From Candidatus Marinacidobacterium sp. (GTDB lineage Bacteria; Acidobacteriota; Vicinamibacteria; Marinacidobacterales; Marinacidobacteraceae), in the NCBI GenBank assembly GCA_965204755.1, contig OZ242011.1, positions 192,001-256,000 of the forward strand: a DNA stretch of 64,000 nucleotides, in the 5' to 3' direction. This document shows positions 10,034-38,706 of this stretch, piece after piece. The notes under the pieces are model-generated. The model was not told the origin of the DNA, did no database searches, and worked only from the letters and a program-made list of their open reading frames with translations. Numbering within the stretch: position 1 is the stretch's first letter; every line of letters starts with the position of its first letter. A program made the translations under genes and the position numbers.

Positions 10034-11139
10034 GTTCGAACGAGCCGGCGGGAGGCCGCGCGGAACCGCCCCCCGGACTCGAACTGCGGGGCCTCACCAA
10101 GAAGTACGGAGAGCGGGAGGCGCTCTCCGGGGTCTCCCTGGCGGTGGGCCGGGGCGAACTGGTGGCGCTCCTCGGATCGAGCGGCGCCGGCAAGACCACC
10201 GTGCTGAGGGCCATCGCCGGGCACCTCGAGCCCGACGGGGGCGAAATCCGCATCGGCGGCCGTTCGGTCGAAGGCGTCCCGCCGGAACGCCGGCAAGTGG
10301 GGATGGTCTTCCAGAGTTACGCGCTCTTCCCGCACCTCACCGCGCGCCGGAATGTGGCCTTCGGCCCGGAACGGCGAGGGAAATCCCGGGAGGAGGCGCT
10401 CGACCTCGCCGACGACCTGCTGGAGCGGATCGGCCTGATCGAACTGGCGAACCGCTACCCCCGGCAGATCTCCGGCGGCGAACAGCAGCGGGTGGCGGTG
10501 GCCCGGGCGCTGGCCATCGAGCCCGAGGTGCTGCTGCTCGACGAACCGCTCTCCAGTCTGGACGCCGCCCTCCGCCGGGAACTCCGGGGGCTCCTCCGGG
10601 AAGTCCAGCAGGCCTTCGCCGCCACGACGCTCTGGGTGACCCACGACCAGGAGGAGGCGCTCACCGTCGCCGACCGGGTGGCGCTGCTCCACGAGGGCCG
10701 CATCCAGCAGGCGGGGACCCCGCTCGAACTCCACACCCGCCCGGCCAACCCCTTCGTGGCCGGCTTCGTGGGGAAGATGAACCTCTTCCCCGCCGTCCCG
10801 GAGGGCGCGGACCTCTTCCGGCTGCGGGGAGGGCCGTCGGTGCGCGTCGCCCCCGACCCCGGCCCGGCGCCGGGGAGCGGGCGCCCGCGCCGGGAAGTCA
10901 CCGTCGGGATGCGCCCGGAGGTCGTCCGCATCGGCCACCCGCCCCCGACTCCGGGGTTCAATGCCGCGAGAGCGGAGGTGAAGCGGATCGCCTTCCTCGG
11001 GGACCGGCTGGAGATCGAACTCGAACTCGAGGGCCGCCTGCGGCTGGTCGCCCGCGGCAACGCGCTCTTCGAGAGCCGCGCCCGCGAAGGCGACCGGGTC
11101 CGCCTCTACTGGCCGATCGCGGACACCCGGCTGCTGTAG
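10030..11139 (+). CDS. ABC transporter ATP-binding protein (PotA-like)
   Basis: Walker A GSSGAGKT, VFQSYALFPH, ISGGEQQRVA, LLLDEP, VTHDQEEAL, TOBE-like tail. Confidence 0.95.
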   Translation: MSSNEPAGGRAEPPPGLELRGLTKKYGEREALSGVSLAVGRGELVALLGSSGAGKTTVLRAIAGHLEPDGGEIRIGGRSVEGVPPERRQVGMVFQSYALFPHLTARRNVAFGPERRGKSREEALDLADDLLERIGLIELANRYPRQISGGEQQRVAVARALAIEPEVLLLDEPLSSLDAALRRELRGLLREVQQAFAATTLWVTHDQEEALTVADRVALLHEGRIQQAGTPLELHTRPANPFVAGFVGKMNLFPAVPEGADLFRLRGGPSVRVAPDPGPAPGSGRPRREVTVGMRPEVVRIGHPPPTPGFNAARAEVKRIAFLGDRLEIELELEGRLRLVARGNALFESRAREGDRVRLYWPIADTRLL

Positions 11140-11344
11140 CGCCCCGCCGGCCGCCGGGCCCCCGCGGCCCGCGCCGGCGGTCTTCCCCGCCCCGCGCGAG
11201 GGGCCGGCTCGGCCCCGCCGACCCCGCCGGGCCCGGGTCGAAGCCCCCCGGCGCGTCGCCGGCGCCCCGCGCGCGGCCCGGGGCCGTCCTTTATCGAGCC
11301 GGCCTGCAGAGTCGGCATTTTCCTGTGTTGTTGGTGGCTTTTTA

Positions 11345-11353
11345 TGGCATAAT
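11345..11353 (+). promoter_or_regulatory. Candidate extended -10 promoter for the giant adhesin
   Basis: TGgCATAAT in an AT-rich patch (about 11315-11420) upstream of the adhesin frame. Confidence 0.45.
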
Positions 11354-11440
11354 GTTGAACGGTCGAACGGTTTTTCGACCTCTTTTATTACTAAGCAACA
11401 TTTTTCGCTCCTCTTCATTGGCCGACCGTCCACGGAACGG

Positions 11441-30868
<19,428 letters not shown>

Positions 30869-30902
30869 GCGCCGCGCCTGCCGGGCGACCCTGCCCGGCG
30901 AC

Positions 30903-32483
30903 TCACTCGGCCCAGCCGAGACTCCGCTCCACCGCCTTCCGCCAGTCGGCGAGGCGGCGGCCGCGCTCGGCGGCCGGCATCCGGGGCTCGAAGCGGGCGT
31001 CCTCGGCGAGCGCGTCGGCCAGGTCGGCTTCGGAGTCCCAAAAACCCACGGCCAGCCCGGCGCATACCGCCGCTCCGAGAGCGGTGGTCTCCAGTTGCCG
31101 GGGCCGGACGACCGGGGCTTCGATCAGGTCCGCCTGGAAGGCGAGCAGGTCGTCGTTCACCGCCATGCCGCCGTCCACCCGGAGTTCCGAGACCGGGAAG
31201 CGGGCGTCCCGGCCCATCGCCTCGAGCACCTCGGCGACCTGGAACGCCGAGGCCTCGACGGCGGCGCGGGCGAAGTGGCGGCGGTCAGCGTGGCGGGTGA
31301 GGCCGCAGATGACGCCGCGCGCGTCCGGGCGCCACCGGGGGGAGAACAGGCCGGAGAAGGCCGGGACGATGACGACGCCGCCGCTGTCCCCGACTTCGCG
31401 CGCGAGCGCGGCGATCCCCTCGGCGGACCCGGCCAGGCCCAACTGGTCGCGCAGCCACTGGACGAGCGACCCGGCGACGGCGACGGAGCCCTCGAGGGCG
31501 TAGTCGGTGCGCCCCGGTTCCGCGTAGGCCACCGTGGTGAGCAGCCCGGACGCCGACGGGACCGGCTCGCTCCCGGTGTGGAGGAGCAGGAACGCGCCGG
31601 TGCCGTAAGTGCACTTCGCCTCCCCCGTCCGCCGCCGCAACTGGCCGAGGAGCGCGGACTGCTGGTCGCCGAGGACCCCGGCCACCGGGACTTCCGCCCC
31701 GAAGGGGCCGTCCGCCTTCGTCCGGCCCCACGCCTCCGGGTGCGCCGAGGGGACGATCTCCGGGAGCATCCGCAGCGGGATCCGCTGCGCCTCCGCCAGT
31801 TCCGCGCTCCACTCCAGCCGGCGGAGGTCCATGAGCAGCGTGCGGCTCGCGTTCGTCGGGTCGGTCGCGTGCCGGCGGCCGCCGGTGAGGTTCCACGCGA
31901 GCCAGGAATCCACCGTGCCGAAAACGGCGCGGCCGGCGGCGGCGCGTTCCCGGAGGCCGTCCACGGAGTCGAGCAGCCAGCGCAACTTGGGCCCGGAGAA
32001 GTAGGTGGCGGCGGGGAGGCCGGTGATCTCGCGGAGGCGCTCCGCGCCGACCGCCGCCTCGAGGTCCGCCGCCAGGCCGGCGGTGCGGGTGTCCTGCCAG
32101 ACGATGGCCGGGGCGAGCGGCGCCCCGTCGGCGGGGTCCCAGACGACCGCGGTCTCGCGCTGGTTGGTGATCCCGACCGCGGCGACCGACTTCCCGTCGA
32201 GCCCCGCCGCGGCGAGGGCTTCCGCTACGACCTGCCCGCTCCGGTCGCGGATTTCGTTCGGGTCGTGTTCCACCCAACCGGGGCGCGGCGTGGACTGGCG
32301 GTGCTCGCGCTGCGCCGATCCCGCGACCCGGCCGGCGCGGTCGAACAGCAGGCAGCGGGTGCTGGTCGTCCCTTGGTCCAGGGCCGCGACGACGCGACCG
32401 CCGGCGGCGCCTGACCTGCCGCCGGCGGCGGGCGACCCACCGCCGGCGGCCGGCGATCCACCGCCGCCGGCGGCGGGGCTCAC
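30903..32483 (-). CDS. glpK: Glycerol kinase
   Basis: ALDQGTTSTR, GWVEHDP, GITNQRET, IVWQDTRT, GDQQSAL, KCTYGTG, RVDGGM; GTG 32483 overlaps the upstream stop. Confidence 0.96.
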   Translation of the reverse strand: MSPAAGGGGSPAAGGGSPAAGGRSGAAGGRVVAALDQGTTSTRCLLFDRAGRVAGSAQREHRQSTPRPGWVEHDPNEIRDRSGQVVAEALAAAGLDGKSVAAVGITNQRETAVVWDPADGAPLAPAIVWQDTRTAGLAADLEAAVGAERLREITGLPAATYFSGPKLRWLLDSVDGLRERAAAGRAVFGTVDSWLAWNLTGGRRHATDPTNASRTLLMDLRRLEWSAELAEAQRIPLRMLPEIVPSAHPEAWGRTKADGPFGAEVPVAGVLGDQQSALLGQLRRRTGEAKCTYGTGAFLLLHTGSEPVPSASGLLTTVAYAEPGRTDYALEGSVAVAGSLVQWLRDQLGLAGSAEGIAALAREVGDSGGVVIVPAFSGLFSPRWRPDARGVICGLTRHADRRHFARAAVEASAFQVAEVLEAMGRDARFPVSELRVDGGMAVNDDLLAFQADLIEAPVVRPRQLETTALGAAVCAGLAVGFWDSEADLADALAEDARFEPRMPAAERGRRLADWRKAVERSLGWAE

Positions 32484-34081
32484 TCCGGCGACCAGCCCGG
32501 CCCGCGCACCGCCCGCCCCGGCCGGTCGCCGGTGAGCAGGCCGCCGCGGAGCACGAAGTCGCCGGCCACCATCACATGCAGCACGCCCTCGGCGTAGTGG
32601 TGCGGGTCGCCGAACCGGGCGACCTCCAGCACCTCGTCCGGCGCCAGCACCACCAGGTCGGCGACCGCCCCCTCGCGGATGACGCCCCGGTCGGTCAGCC
32701 CGAGCCGCCCGGCGGGCATCCCGCTCATCTTCCGCACCGCTTCCGGGAGGGTGAGCAGTCCCGCCTCCCGCACATACAGGCTCAGCACCCGCGCGAAGGT
32801 CCCGTAGTTCCGCGGATGCGGCATTCCCTCGCCGGGCGCCACCACCCCGCCGTCCGAGGCGATCATGGTGAGCGGGTGCGCCATGATCCGGCGCACATCG
32901 TCCTCGTGCATGGCGTGGAAGACGCCGCCGAAACCGCCCTTCTTCTGGAGTTCGATGGCCAGGTCGGCCCCGGCCTCGTTCGTCACCGGGAGCCCCCGCT
33001 CGCGGAGGAGGTCGCCGAGGCTCTTCCCCTCCAGGGACCGGTCCCACTCGCAACGGGCGATCACCACATTGTCCGGGCTGCCGCCGCCGCGGTCCACTTC
33101 CAGGTTCTCGCGGACCGCCTCCCGGATCCGGGCGGTCTGCTCCGGATCCTCGAGCCGTTCCGCGAGCGCCTCCATCCCCCCGGCGAGGCTCCAGGCCGGG
33201 AACAGGATGGTGAGCCCGGTGGAGGACGCGGTGTACGGGTACTGGTCGATGGTCACATCCACCCCCCGCGCCACCGCCTCGTCCACCAGCCGGAGGCTCT
33301 CCACGCTCTTCCCCCACATCGGGGCGCCGACCACCTTGTGGTGGGTGAGTTGGGTGGGCAGCCCGCCTTCCTCCCCGATCCGGATCGTCTCCCGAACCGC
33401 GTCCAGCAGGGCGAGCCCTTCCTCCCGCATGTGGCTGATGTGGACGCCCCCGTAAGCGGCGGCGACCTTCGCCAACTCGATGACCTCTTCGGTCTCGGCG
33501 AAGGCCCCCGGCGCGTACTTCAGGCCGGTGGAGAGGCCGAACGCGCCCTCGCGCATGGCCCGGTCCACCAGTTCGCGCATCCGGTCGAGTTCCTCGCCGG
33601 TGGGGGCGCGCGCCTCCATCCCCATGACTTCGCGCCGGACCGTGCCGTGGCCGACCAGCAGGCCCATGTTGATCGCCGAGCCCTCGGACTCGAAGCGGTC
33701 GAACCACTCGCCGATCGGGAGCGGGGAACTCCCGTCCGGGCCGCCGATGGCCGTCGTCACCCCCTGGCGCAGGTAATTCTGCGCCAGCGGGTGGCGGAGG
33801 ATGCCCCGCGTCGCGTGGCTGTGGATGTCCACGAAGCCCGGGGTAACCGCGAGCCCGGCGAGGTCCAGCCGCTCGTCCGTGCGGGCGCCGCCGAGGTCGC
33901 CGATGGCGGTGATGCGGCCGTCGAGGATGCCGATGTCGGCGGTCCGGCCCGGGTTGCCCAGCCCGTCGTGGATCTCCGCGCCGGCGAGCACCGTGTCGAA
34001 CCGGTCCACGCAGCCGGAAACGGCGAGGAGGACGGCGGGGAGGAGGAGACTCGCCGGGCGGCGGCGCGACGGGTTCGGCAT
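32480..34081 (-). CDS. N-acyl-D-amino-acid deacylase (D-aminoacylase), probable lipoprotein
   Basis: PGFVDIHSH, GLSTGLKYAPG, SHMREEG, DQYPYTASST, IASDG, PHPRNYGTFARVL; VSGC lipobox. Confidence 0.93.
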   Translation of the reverse strand: MPNPSRRRPASLLLPAVLLAVSGCVDRFDTVLAGAEIHDGLGNPGRTADIGILDGRITAIGDLGGARTDERLDLAGLAVTPGFVDIHSHATRGILRHPLAQNYLRQGVTTAIGGPDGSSPLPIGEWFDRFESEGSAINMGLLVGHGTVRREVMGMEARAPTGEELDRMRELVDRAMREGAFGLSTGLKYAPGAFAETEEVIELAKVAAAYGGVHISHMREEGLALLDAVRETIRIGEEGGLPTQLTHHKVVGAPMWGKSVESLRLVDEAVARGVDVTIDQYPYTASSTGLTILFPAWSLAGGMEALAERLEDPEQTARIREAVRENLEVDRGGGSPDNVVIARCEWDRSLEGKSLGDLLRERGLPVTNEAGADLAIELQKKGGFGGVFHAMHEDDVRRIMAHPLTMIASDGGVVAPGEGMPHPRNYGTFARVLSLYVREAGLLTLPEAVRKMSGMPAGRLGLTDRGVIREGAVADLVVLAPDEVLEVARFGDPHHYAEGVLHVMVAGDFVLRGGLLTGDRPGRAVRGPGWSPE

Positions 34082-34261
34082 GGCGGCTCGCGCTCCTCTC
34101 TCTTCGTTCCCTTCGGGCCTCGCCGCGGGCGGCTCGACCGCGCGTTCGCGGCGAAACCCGCGGAATCGGGCGGCGGTCGAGTCTATATGCTGACTCGCGG
34201 CCCGCCGCCGACCCGACCGCCGAAGCGCCGCGCCCGGAAAGACGAGGAGTCACGCCATCCG

Positions 34262-35662
34262 ATGAACACCCGCCACCTTCTCCGCCCCGCCCCCCGATTC
34301 CCGGCGCCGCGCCGGCTCCTGGCCGCCGCCCTGTTCTGCGGCGCCGCCGCCGCCGTCCCGCCCCCGACCGCCGGGCAGGCCCCCCCGGCCGTCCTCCCGA
34401 TGCGCGAACGGGCGGAGTTGGTGGACCGCTGGCTCGAGATCCGCTTCGAGACCGTCCTCCCCGAACTCATGCGCCGCGAAGGCGTGGACCTGTGGATCGT
34501 CGCGGCGCGCGAATACAACGAAGACCCGGTGATCCGTACCATGCTGCCCTACACCTGGCTGGCCGCCCGGCGGCGCACGGCGCTCCTCTTCCACGACCGC
34601 GGCGGCGCCGAGGGGGTGGAGCGGCTGGCGGTCGCCCGCTACGACATCGGCGGAATCCCCGGCGCGTGGGATCCCGAGACCGAGCCCGACCAGTGGGCCC
34701 GGGTCGCGGAACTCGTCCGGGAGCGCGACCCGGAGACCATCGGCGTGAACCGCTCCTCCGACTTCGGCCTCGCGGACGGCCTCACCGCCACGGAGTACGA
34801 GGCGCTCCGGGACGCCCTCGGCCCCGACCTCGCGGGCCGCCTGCAGGGCGCGGAGCGGCTCGCCGTCGGCTGGCTGGAGACCCGCACGCCGGAGGAGATG
34901 GCGGTCTATCCGGGCGTGGTGCGGATCGCCCGCTCCATCATCGCCGAAGGGCTCTCCGGGCGGGTCGTCCAGCCGGGGGTGACCACGACGCAGGACCTCT
35001 CCTGGTGGTACCGGGAGCGCATCCGCGAGCGGAAACTCCAGACTTGGTTCCAGCCCGGGGTTTCGGTGCAGCGGCGCGAAGGCGCGATGTTCGGCGGGGA
35101 CGGCGACGGCGACTACTCCTCCCGCCCCCCGCCGGACACCATCCTCCCCGGCGACCTCATCCATGTGGACTTCGGGATCACCTACCTGCGCCTCAACACC
35201 GACACGCAGATGAACGCCTATGTGCTCCGGCCCGGCGAGACCGACGCGCCCCCGGGCCTCCGGGAGGCGATGTCCACCGGCAACCGGCTGCAGGACATCC
35301 TCACCGGGGAGTTCGTCGCCGGCCGCACCGGGAACGAGATCCTGGCGGCCGCGCTCGCGCAGGCGGAGGCGGAGGGGATCACCGCCTCGATCTACACCCA
35401 TCCCATCGGCTTCCACGGCCACGCCGCCGGCCCCACCATCGGCCTCTGGGATCGGCAGGACGGGGTTCCCGGCAAGGGGGACTACCCGCTCTTCCCGATG
35501 ACCGCGCACTCCATCGAGTTGAACGCGCGGGTGGCCATCCCGGAGTGGGGCGGCCAGGAGGTGCGGATCGCGCTCGAAGAAGACGCCATCTTCGACGGCG
35601 AGACCACCCGCTACATCGACCCGCGGATGGAAGAACTCCTGCTCATCCCCCGCCCCCGCTGA
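34262..35662 (+). CDS. M24 family (Xaa-Pro aminopeptidase-like) metallopeptidase, secreted
   Basis: REYNEDPV, GDLIHVDFGI, TDTQ, YTHPIGFHGH, HSIELN, LEED; signal peptide. Confidence 0.9.
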   Translation: MNTRHLLRPAPRFPAPRRLLAAALFCGAAAAVPPPTAGQAPPAVLPMRERAELVDRWLEIRFETVLPELMRREGVDLWIVAAREYNEDPVIRTMLPYTWLAARRRTALLFHDRGGAEGVERLAVARYDIGGIPGAWDPETEPDQWARVAELVRERDPETIGVNRSSDFGLADGLTATEYEALRDALGPDLAGRLQGAERLAVGWLETRTPEEMAVYPGVVRIARSIIAEGLSGRVVQPGVTTTQDLSWWYRERIRERKLQTWFQPGVSVQRREGAMFGGDGDGDYSSRPPPDTILPGDLIHVDFGITYLRLNTDTQMNAYVLRPGETDAPPGLREAMSTGNRLQDILTGEFVAGRTGNEILAAALAQAEAEGITASIYTHPIGFHGHAAGPTIGLWDRQDGVPGKGDYPLFPMTAHSIELNARVAIPEWGGQEVRIALEEDAIFDGETTRYIDPRMEELLLIPRPR

Positions 35663-35711
35663 CCGCCCGCCGCCGAACCGCGGCCGCCGGGGAGAGCCGA
35701 GGCGCGCCTTC

Positions 35712-37067
35712 GTGAGCGCCGTCCTCGTCGGGACCGCCTTCGTCGCGCTCGCCATCGGCGTCCTCCGGCTCCACCCGTTCCTCGCCCTGGTCGCCGGCGC
35801 GGTGCTCGCCGGCTCGCTCTCCGGCGGGGGCGGCTCGGCGCCGGAGCGCGCGCTCGCCGCCCTCGACCGGAGCGCGAGCGACTTCGGCGAGGTGGCCGCC
35901 GCCATCGGGATCGCCATCGCCCTCGCGGCGGTGATCGGGGACTGCCTGCGGCGGAGCGGCGCCGCCGACCGGATCGCGCAGGCGCTGCTCTCGGCGTTCG
36001 GGGAGCGGCGCGCGGCGGCGGCGCTCGCGGCGGCGGCCTGGACGCTCTCGATCCCGGTGTTCTTCGACACCGTCTTCTTCCTGCTGATCCCGCTGGCCCG
36101 CGCGTTGGCGCGGCGCGCGCCGGGCCGCTACCCGCAGTTCGTCGCCGCCCTCTGCGCCGGGGCGATCGCCACCCATTCGCTGGTTCCGCCCACGCCGGGG
36201 CCGCTCGGGATGGCGGACACCCTGGGGCTCGGGCCGGGCGCCGCCGCCGGATTCGGGATGCTGCTCGGCGTGTTGCCGGTCGCGGCGGTCGTCCTGCTGG
36301 CGCCCGCCTTCACCCGCGGCGTCGCGGCCTCACTCCCCGAAACCGCCCCCGGCGGCGCGGGCGCCCCGCCGGACGATGGCGGCCCGCCGTCCCCGCCGGG
36401 TCTCGCCGCTTCCCTGCTCCCCGTCGCCCTGCCCGTCCTCCTCCTCGCCGGCGCCTCGGCGTCTTCGGGCGGTGACTCCCCGGCGGCGGCCTGGCTCGCC
36501 GCGTTCGGCCACCGGAACGCGGCGCTCTTCCTCGGCGCGGCGGCCGCGGCGCTGGTCCTCCGCCGCGCCACCGGCCTCCCGGCGAAACGCCTGGCGGCTT
36601 CCTTCGGCGGCGCCATCGCGGCGGCCGGCCCGATCATCCTCATCACCGCCGCCGGCGGCGCGTTCGGCCGCGCCCTCGCCGGTTCGGGAATCACGGAAAC
36701 CCTCGGCGGCGTCGCCGGCGCCGGGAACGGCGTCACCCTCCTCCTTCTCGCCGCCGGCGTCGCCTCCGCCCTGAAACTGGCGCAGGGCTCCGGGACGGTG
36801 GCGATCCTCAGCGGTTCGGCCATCGTCTCCTCCCTGCTCACCGACCCGGCCGCCCTCCCCTTCCATCCCTCCTACCTCTTCGCGGCGGTCGGTTTCGGCT
36901 CGATGATCGGCTCCTGGATGAACGACAGCGGCTTCTGGGTCGTCGGCAAGATGAGCGGCCTCGACGAAGCGGGAACCTTCCGCGTCTGGTCCGCCTCCGC
37001 CGCCGCTGTCGGCCTCCTCGGCCTCCTCCAAACCCTCCTCCTCGCCACCCTCCTCCCCCTCGCCTGA
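35712..37067 (+). CDS. GntP family permease
   Basis: LHPFLAL, IPVFFD, HSLVPPTPGP, ILITAAGGAFG, AQGSGTVA, SWMNDSGFW. Confidence 0.93.
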   Translation: MSAVLVGTAFVALAIGVLRLHPFLALVAGAVLAGSLSGGGGSAPERALAALDRSASDFGEVAAAIGIAIALAAVIGDCLRRSGAADRIAQALLSAFGERRAAAALAAAAWTLSIPVFFDTVFFLLIPLARALARRAPGRYPQFVAALCAGAIATHSLVPPTPGPLGMADTLGLGPGAAAGFGMLLGVLPVAAVVLLAPAFTRGVAASLPETAPGGAGAPPDDGGPPSPPGLAASLLPVALPVLLLAGASASSGGDSPAAAWLAAFGHRNAALFLGAAAAALVLRRATGLPAKRLAASFGGAIAAAGPIILITAAGGAFGRALAGSGITETLGGVAGAGNGVTLLLLAAGVASALKLAQGSGTVAILSGSAIVSSLLTDPAALPFHPSYLFAAVGFGSMIGSWMNDSGFWVVGKMSGLDEAGTFRVWSASAAAVGLLGLLQTLLLATLLPLA

Positions 37068-37104
37068 CCCGGCCCCGGCCCGCGCTACGCTTCCACGCAG
37101 GCGG

Positions 37105-38085
37105 ATGACGGACGCGGGCAAACCGACGCCGGCCGAACGGCCCGCACAGCCCCGGAAACGGCGTTCGTCATCGCCGCCCCGCAAGAGCGGCGCGACGCGA
37201 CCCGCAGCGCCCGCCGACGACGCTCCGCTCCGTGACTTCGCGACGCTCCGCGGCCGCCCGGCCATCTTCGTCGTCCTCCACGAACCCATCCAGCCGGCGC
37301 ACCTCCTCCTTCTCCGACGGGAAGTCGGTGACCGACGGTTCGACGAATTGGACTTCGTCATCCATTCCGGCGGGGGCGACATCAACACGGCGTACCAGAT
37401 GGTCCAACTCATACGCCAGCACACGAAGCGCATGAACGCCTGCGTTCCCCTGTACGCGAAGAGCGCCGCCACGCTCTGGTGCTTGGCGGCGAATCAGATC
37501 GTCATGGACGAGTCCGCTGAACTGGGCCCCTTGGACGCTCAGGTTCTCGAAGAGCGCCGGGGCGGCAAGACCGAGTATGTGTCGGCGCTGAATCCGTTCA
37601 ACACGCTGGAGCGACTGCAGAGGTTCTCGCTGGAAACCCTGAATGTTGCGGTAGGAACGATCGAGCGACGATCCGGGCTCGACCTGAACGAGAGTCTCCA
37701 ACATGCCATCCGCTTCGTCGAGGCTACGACAGGTCCGCTTCTCAGCAAACTGGATCCCGAGAAACTCGGAAAGTACAGTCGCGCCTTGGCAGTCGGCACG
37801 GAGTACGGCGCTCGCCTCCTGCGTCGGTTCAGCGAAACGGACGAAGTCACGAAGACCCGAATCCTCAACAGACTCGTGCACGGGTATCCGTCTCACCGTT
37901 ACATCATCGATTATCCCGAGTTGGTCGAAATGGGTATGCATGTCGCTCTCTTCGCCGAAAGTGAGCGCGTGCCTGTCGGCGCCCTGCACGACTGGATTCT
38001 GGCCGGAGGCGCGGGCGTTCTGCTCATCGAGCCCATGAACGAGTCCGAACCGGCTTCCCGGCCCTCGGTGAAAGGATCACCATGA
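37105..38085 (+). CDS. SDH family Clp-fold serine proteinase
   Basis: IHSGGGD, VPLYAKSAATL (catalytic Ser), ELGPLDAQV, YPSHRYII; more A/T-ending codons than neighbours. Confidence 0.85.
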   Translation: MTDAGKPTPAERPAQPRKRRSSSPPRKSGATRPAAPADDAPLRDFATLRGRPAIFVVLHEPIQPAHLLLLRREVGDRRFDELDFVIHSGGGDINTAYQMVQLIRQHTKRMNACVPLYAKSAATLWCLAANQIVMDESAELGPLDAQVLEERRGGKTEYVSALNPFNTLERLQRFSLETLNVAVGTIERRSGLDLNESLQHAIRFVEATTGPLLSKLDPEKLGKYSRALAVGTEYGARLLRRFSETDEVTKTRILNRLVHGYPSHRYIIDYPELVEMGMHVALFAESERVPVGALHDWILAGGAGVLLIEPMNESEPASRPSVKGSP

Positions 38086-38324
38086 GACCCCAAACCATCG
38101 CACACGGAAACGACCAGCCGTCGGACGGGAATGTGCCAGAGGACATTCCCCTCGAAGAGGCCTTGACCCGGGACTTTGCGGAAGCGCGCATCCTCGTGGA
38201 TCGCGTGTACCGTGAGTATCACGAGAACGGAGGTCTCCTGGAGATTGAAAGGCTCTTGGAGAAACACCGGGACCTTCCGTGGTATCTCCTGAAGTCGACG
38301 GGCGAGACCACCGAGTCCGAGTAG
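38082..38324 (+). CDS. Small hypothetical protein (paralogue 1)
   Basis: ATGA overlap with the protease, AAGGA RBS; homologous to the next ORF. Confidence 0.7.
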   Translation: MRPQTIAHGNDQPSDGNVPEDIPLEEALTRDFAEARILVDRVYREYHENGGLLEIERLLEKHRDLPWYLLKSTGETTESE

Positions 38325-38397
38325 GATTCCCGACCTCGGGATTTACCGGCCGTCGCGCCGCTTGATCGCCGCGAGGAGTAGAGCGACCGAAGCCGTC

Positions 38398-38625
38398 ATG
38401 AGCCGTTCCGAACGCGAAAGCCGATGGGGGGCCTCCGCGTCCACGGCCGAGCGTGACCTCCCTGTTCGGATCCTGATCGCGCGCGAGGCGGCCGACACCC
38501 GGATCTTCGTCGCCCGACTGCGGCGGGAGTATCGGGAGAGCGGCGGCCGGCTGGCGCTCGAGCGACTCTTGAGGGGCCGGAAGGATCTGCCTTGGTATCT
38601 CCGGAGGCGGAACGGCGCCGACTGA
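38398..38625 (+). CDS. Small hypothetical protein (paralogue 2)
   Basis: Shares RI.V.R..REY.E.GG.L..ERLL....DLPWYL with 38082..38324. Confidence 0.7.
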   Translation: MSRSERESRWGASASTAERDLPVRILIAREAADTRIFVARLRREYRESGGRLALERLLRGRKDLPWYLRRRNGAD

Positions 38626-38706
38626 TCGATCTTCCCGGAGTCCGCTTCGCGGGCTCGGTCGGCGGGCGGCCTCGGCGCGCCTTCGAGGCGGCGCCGAGGC
38701 GGGGGA

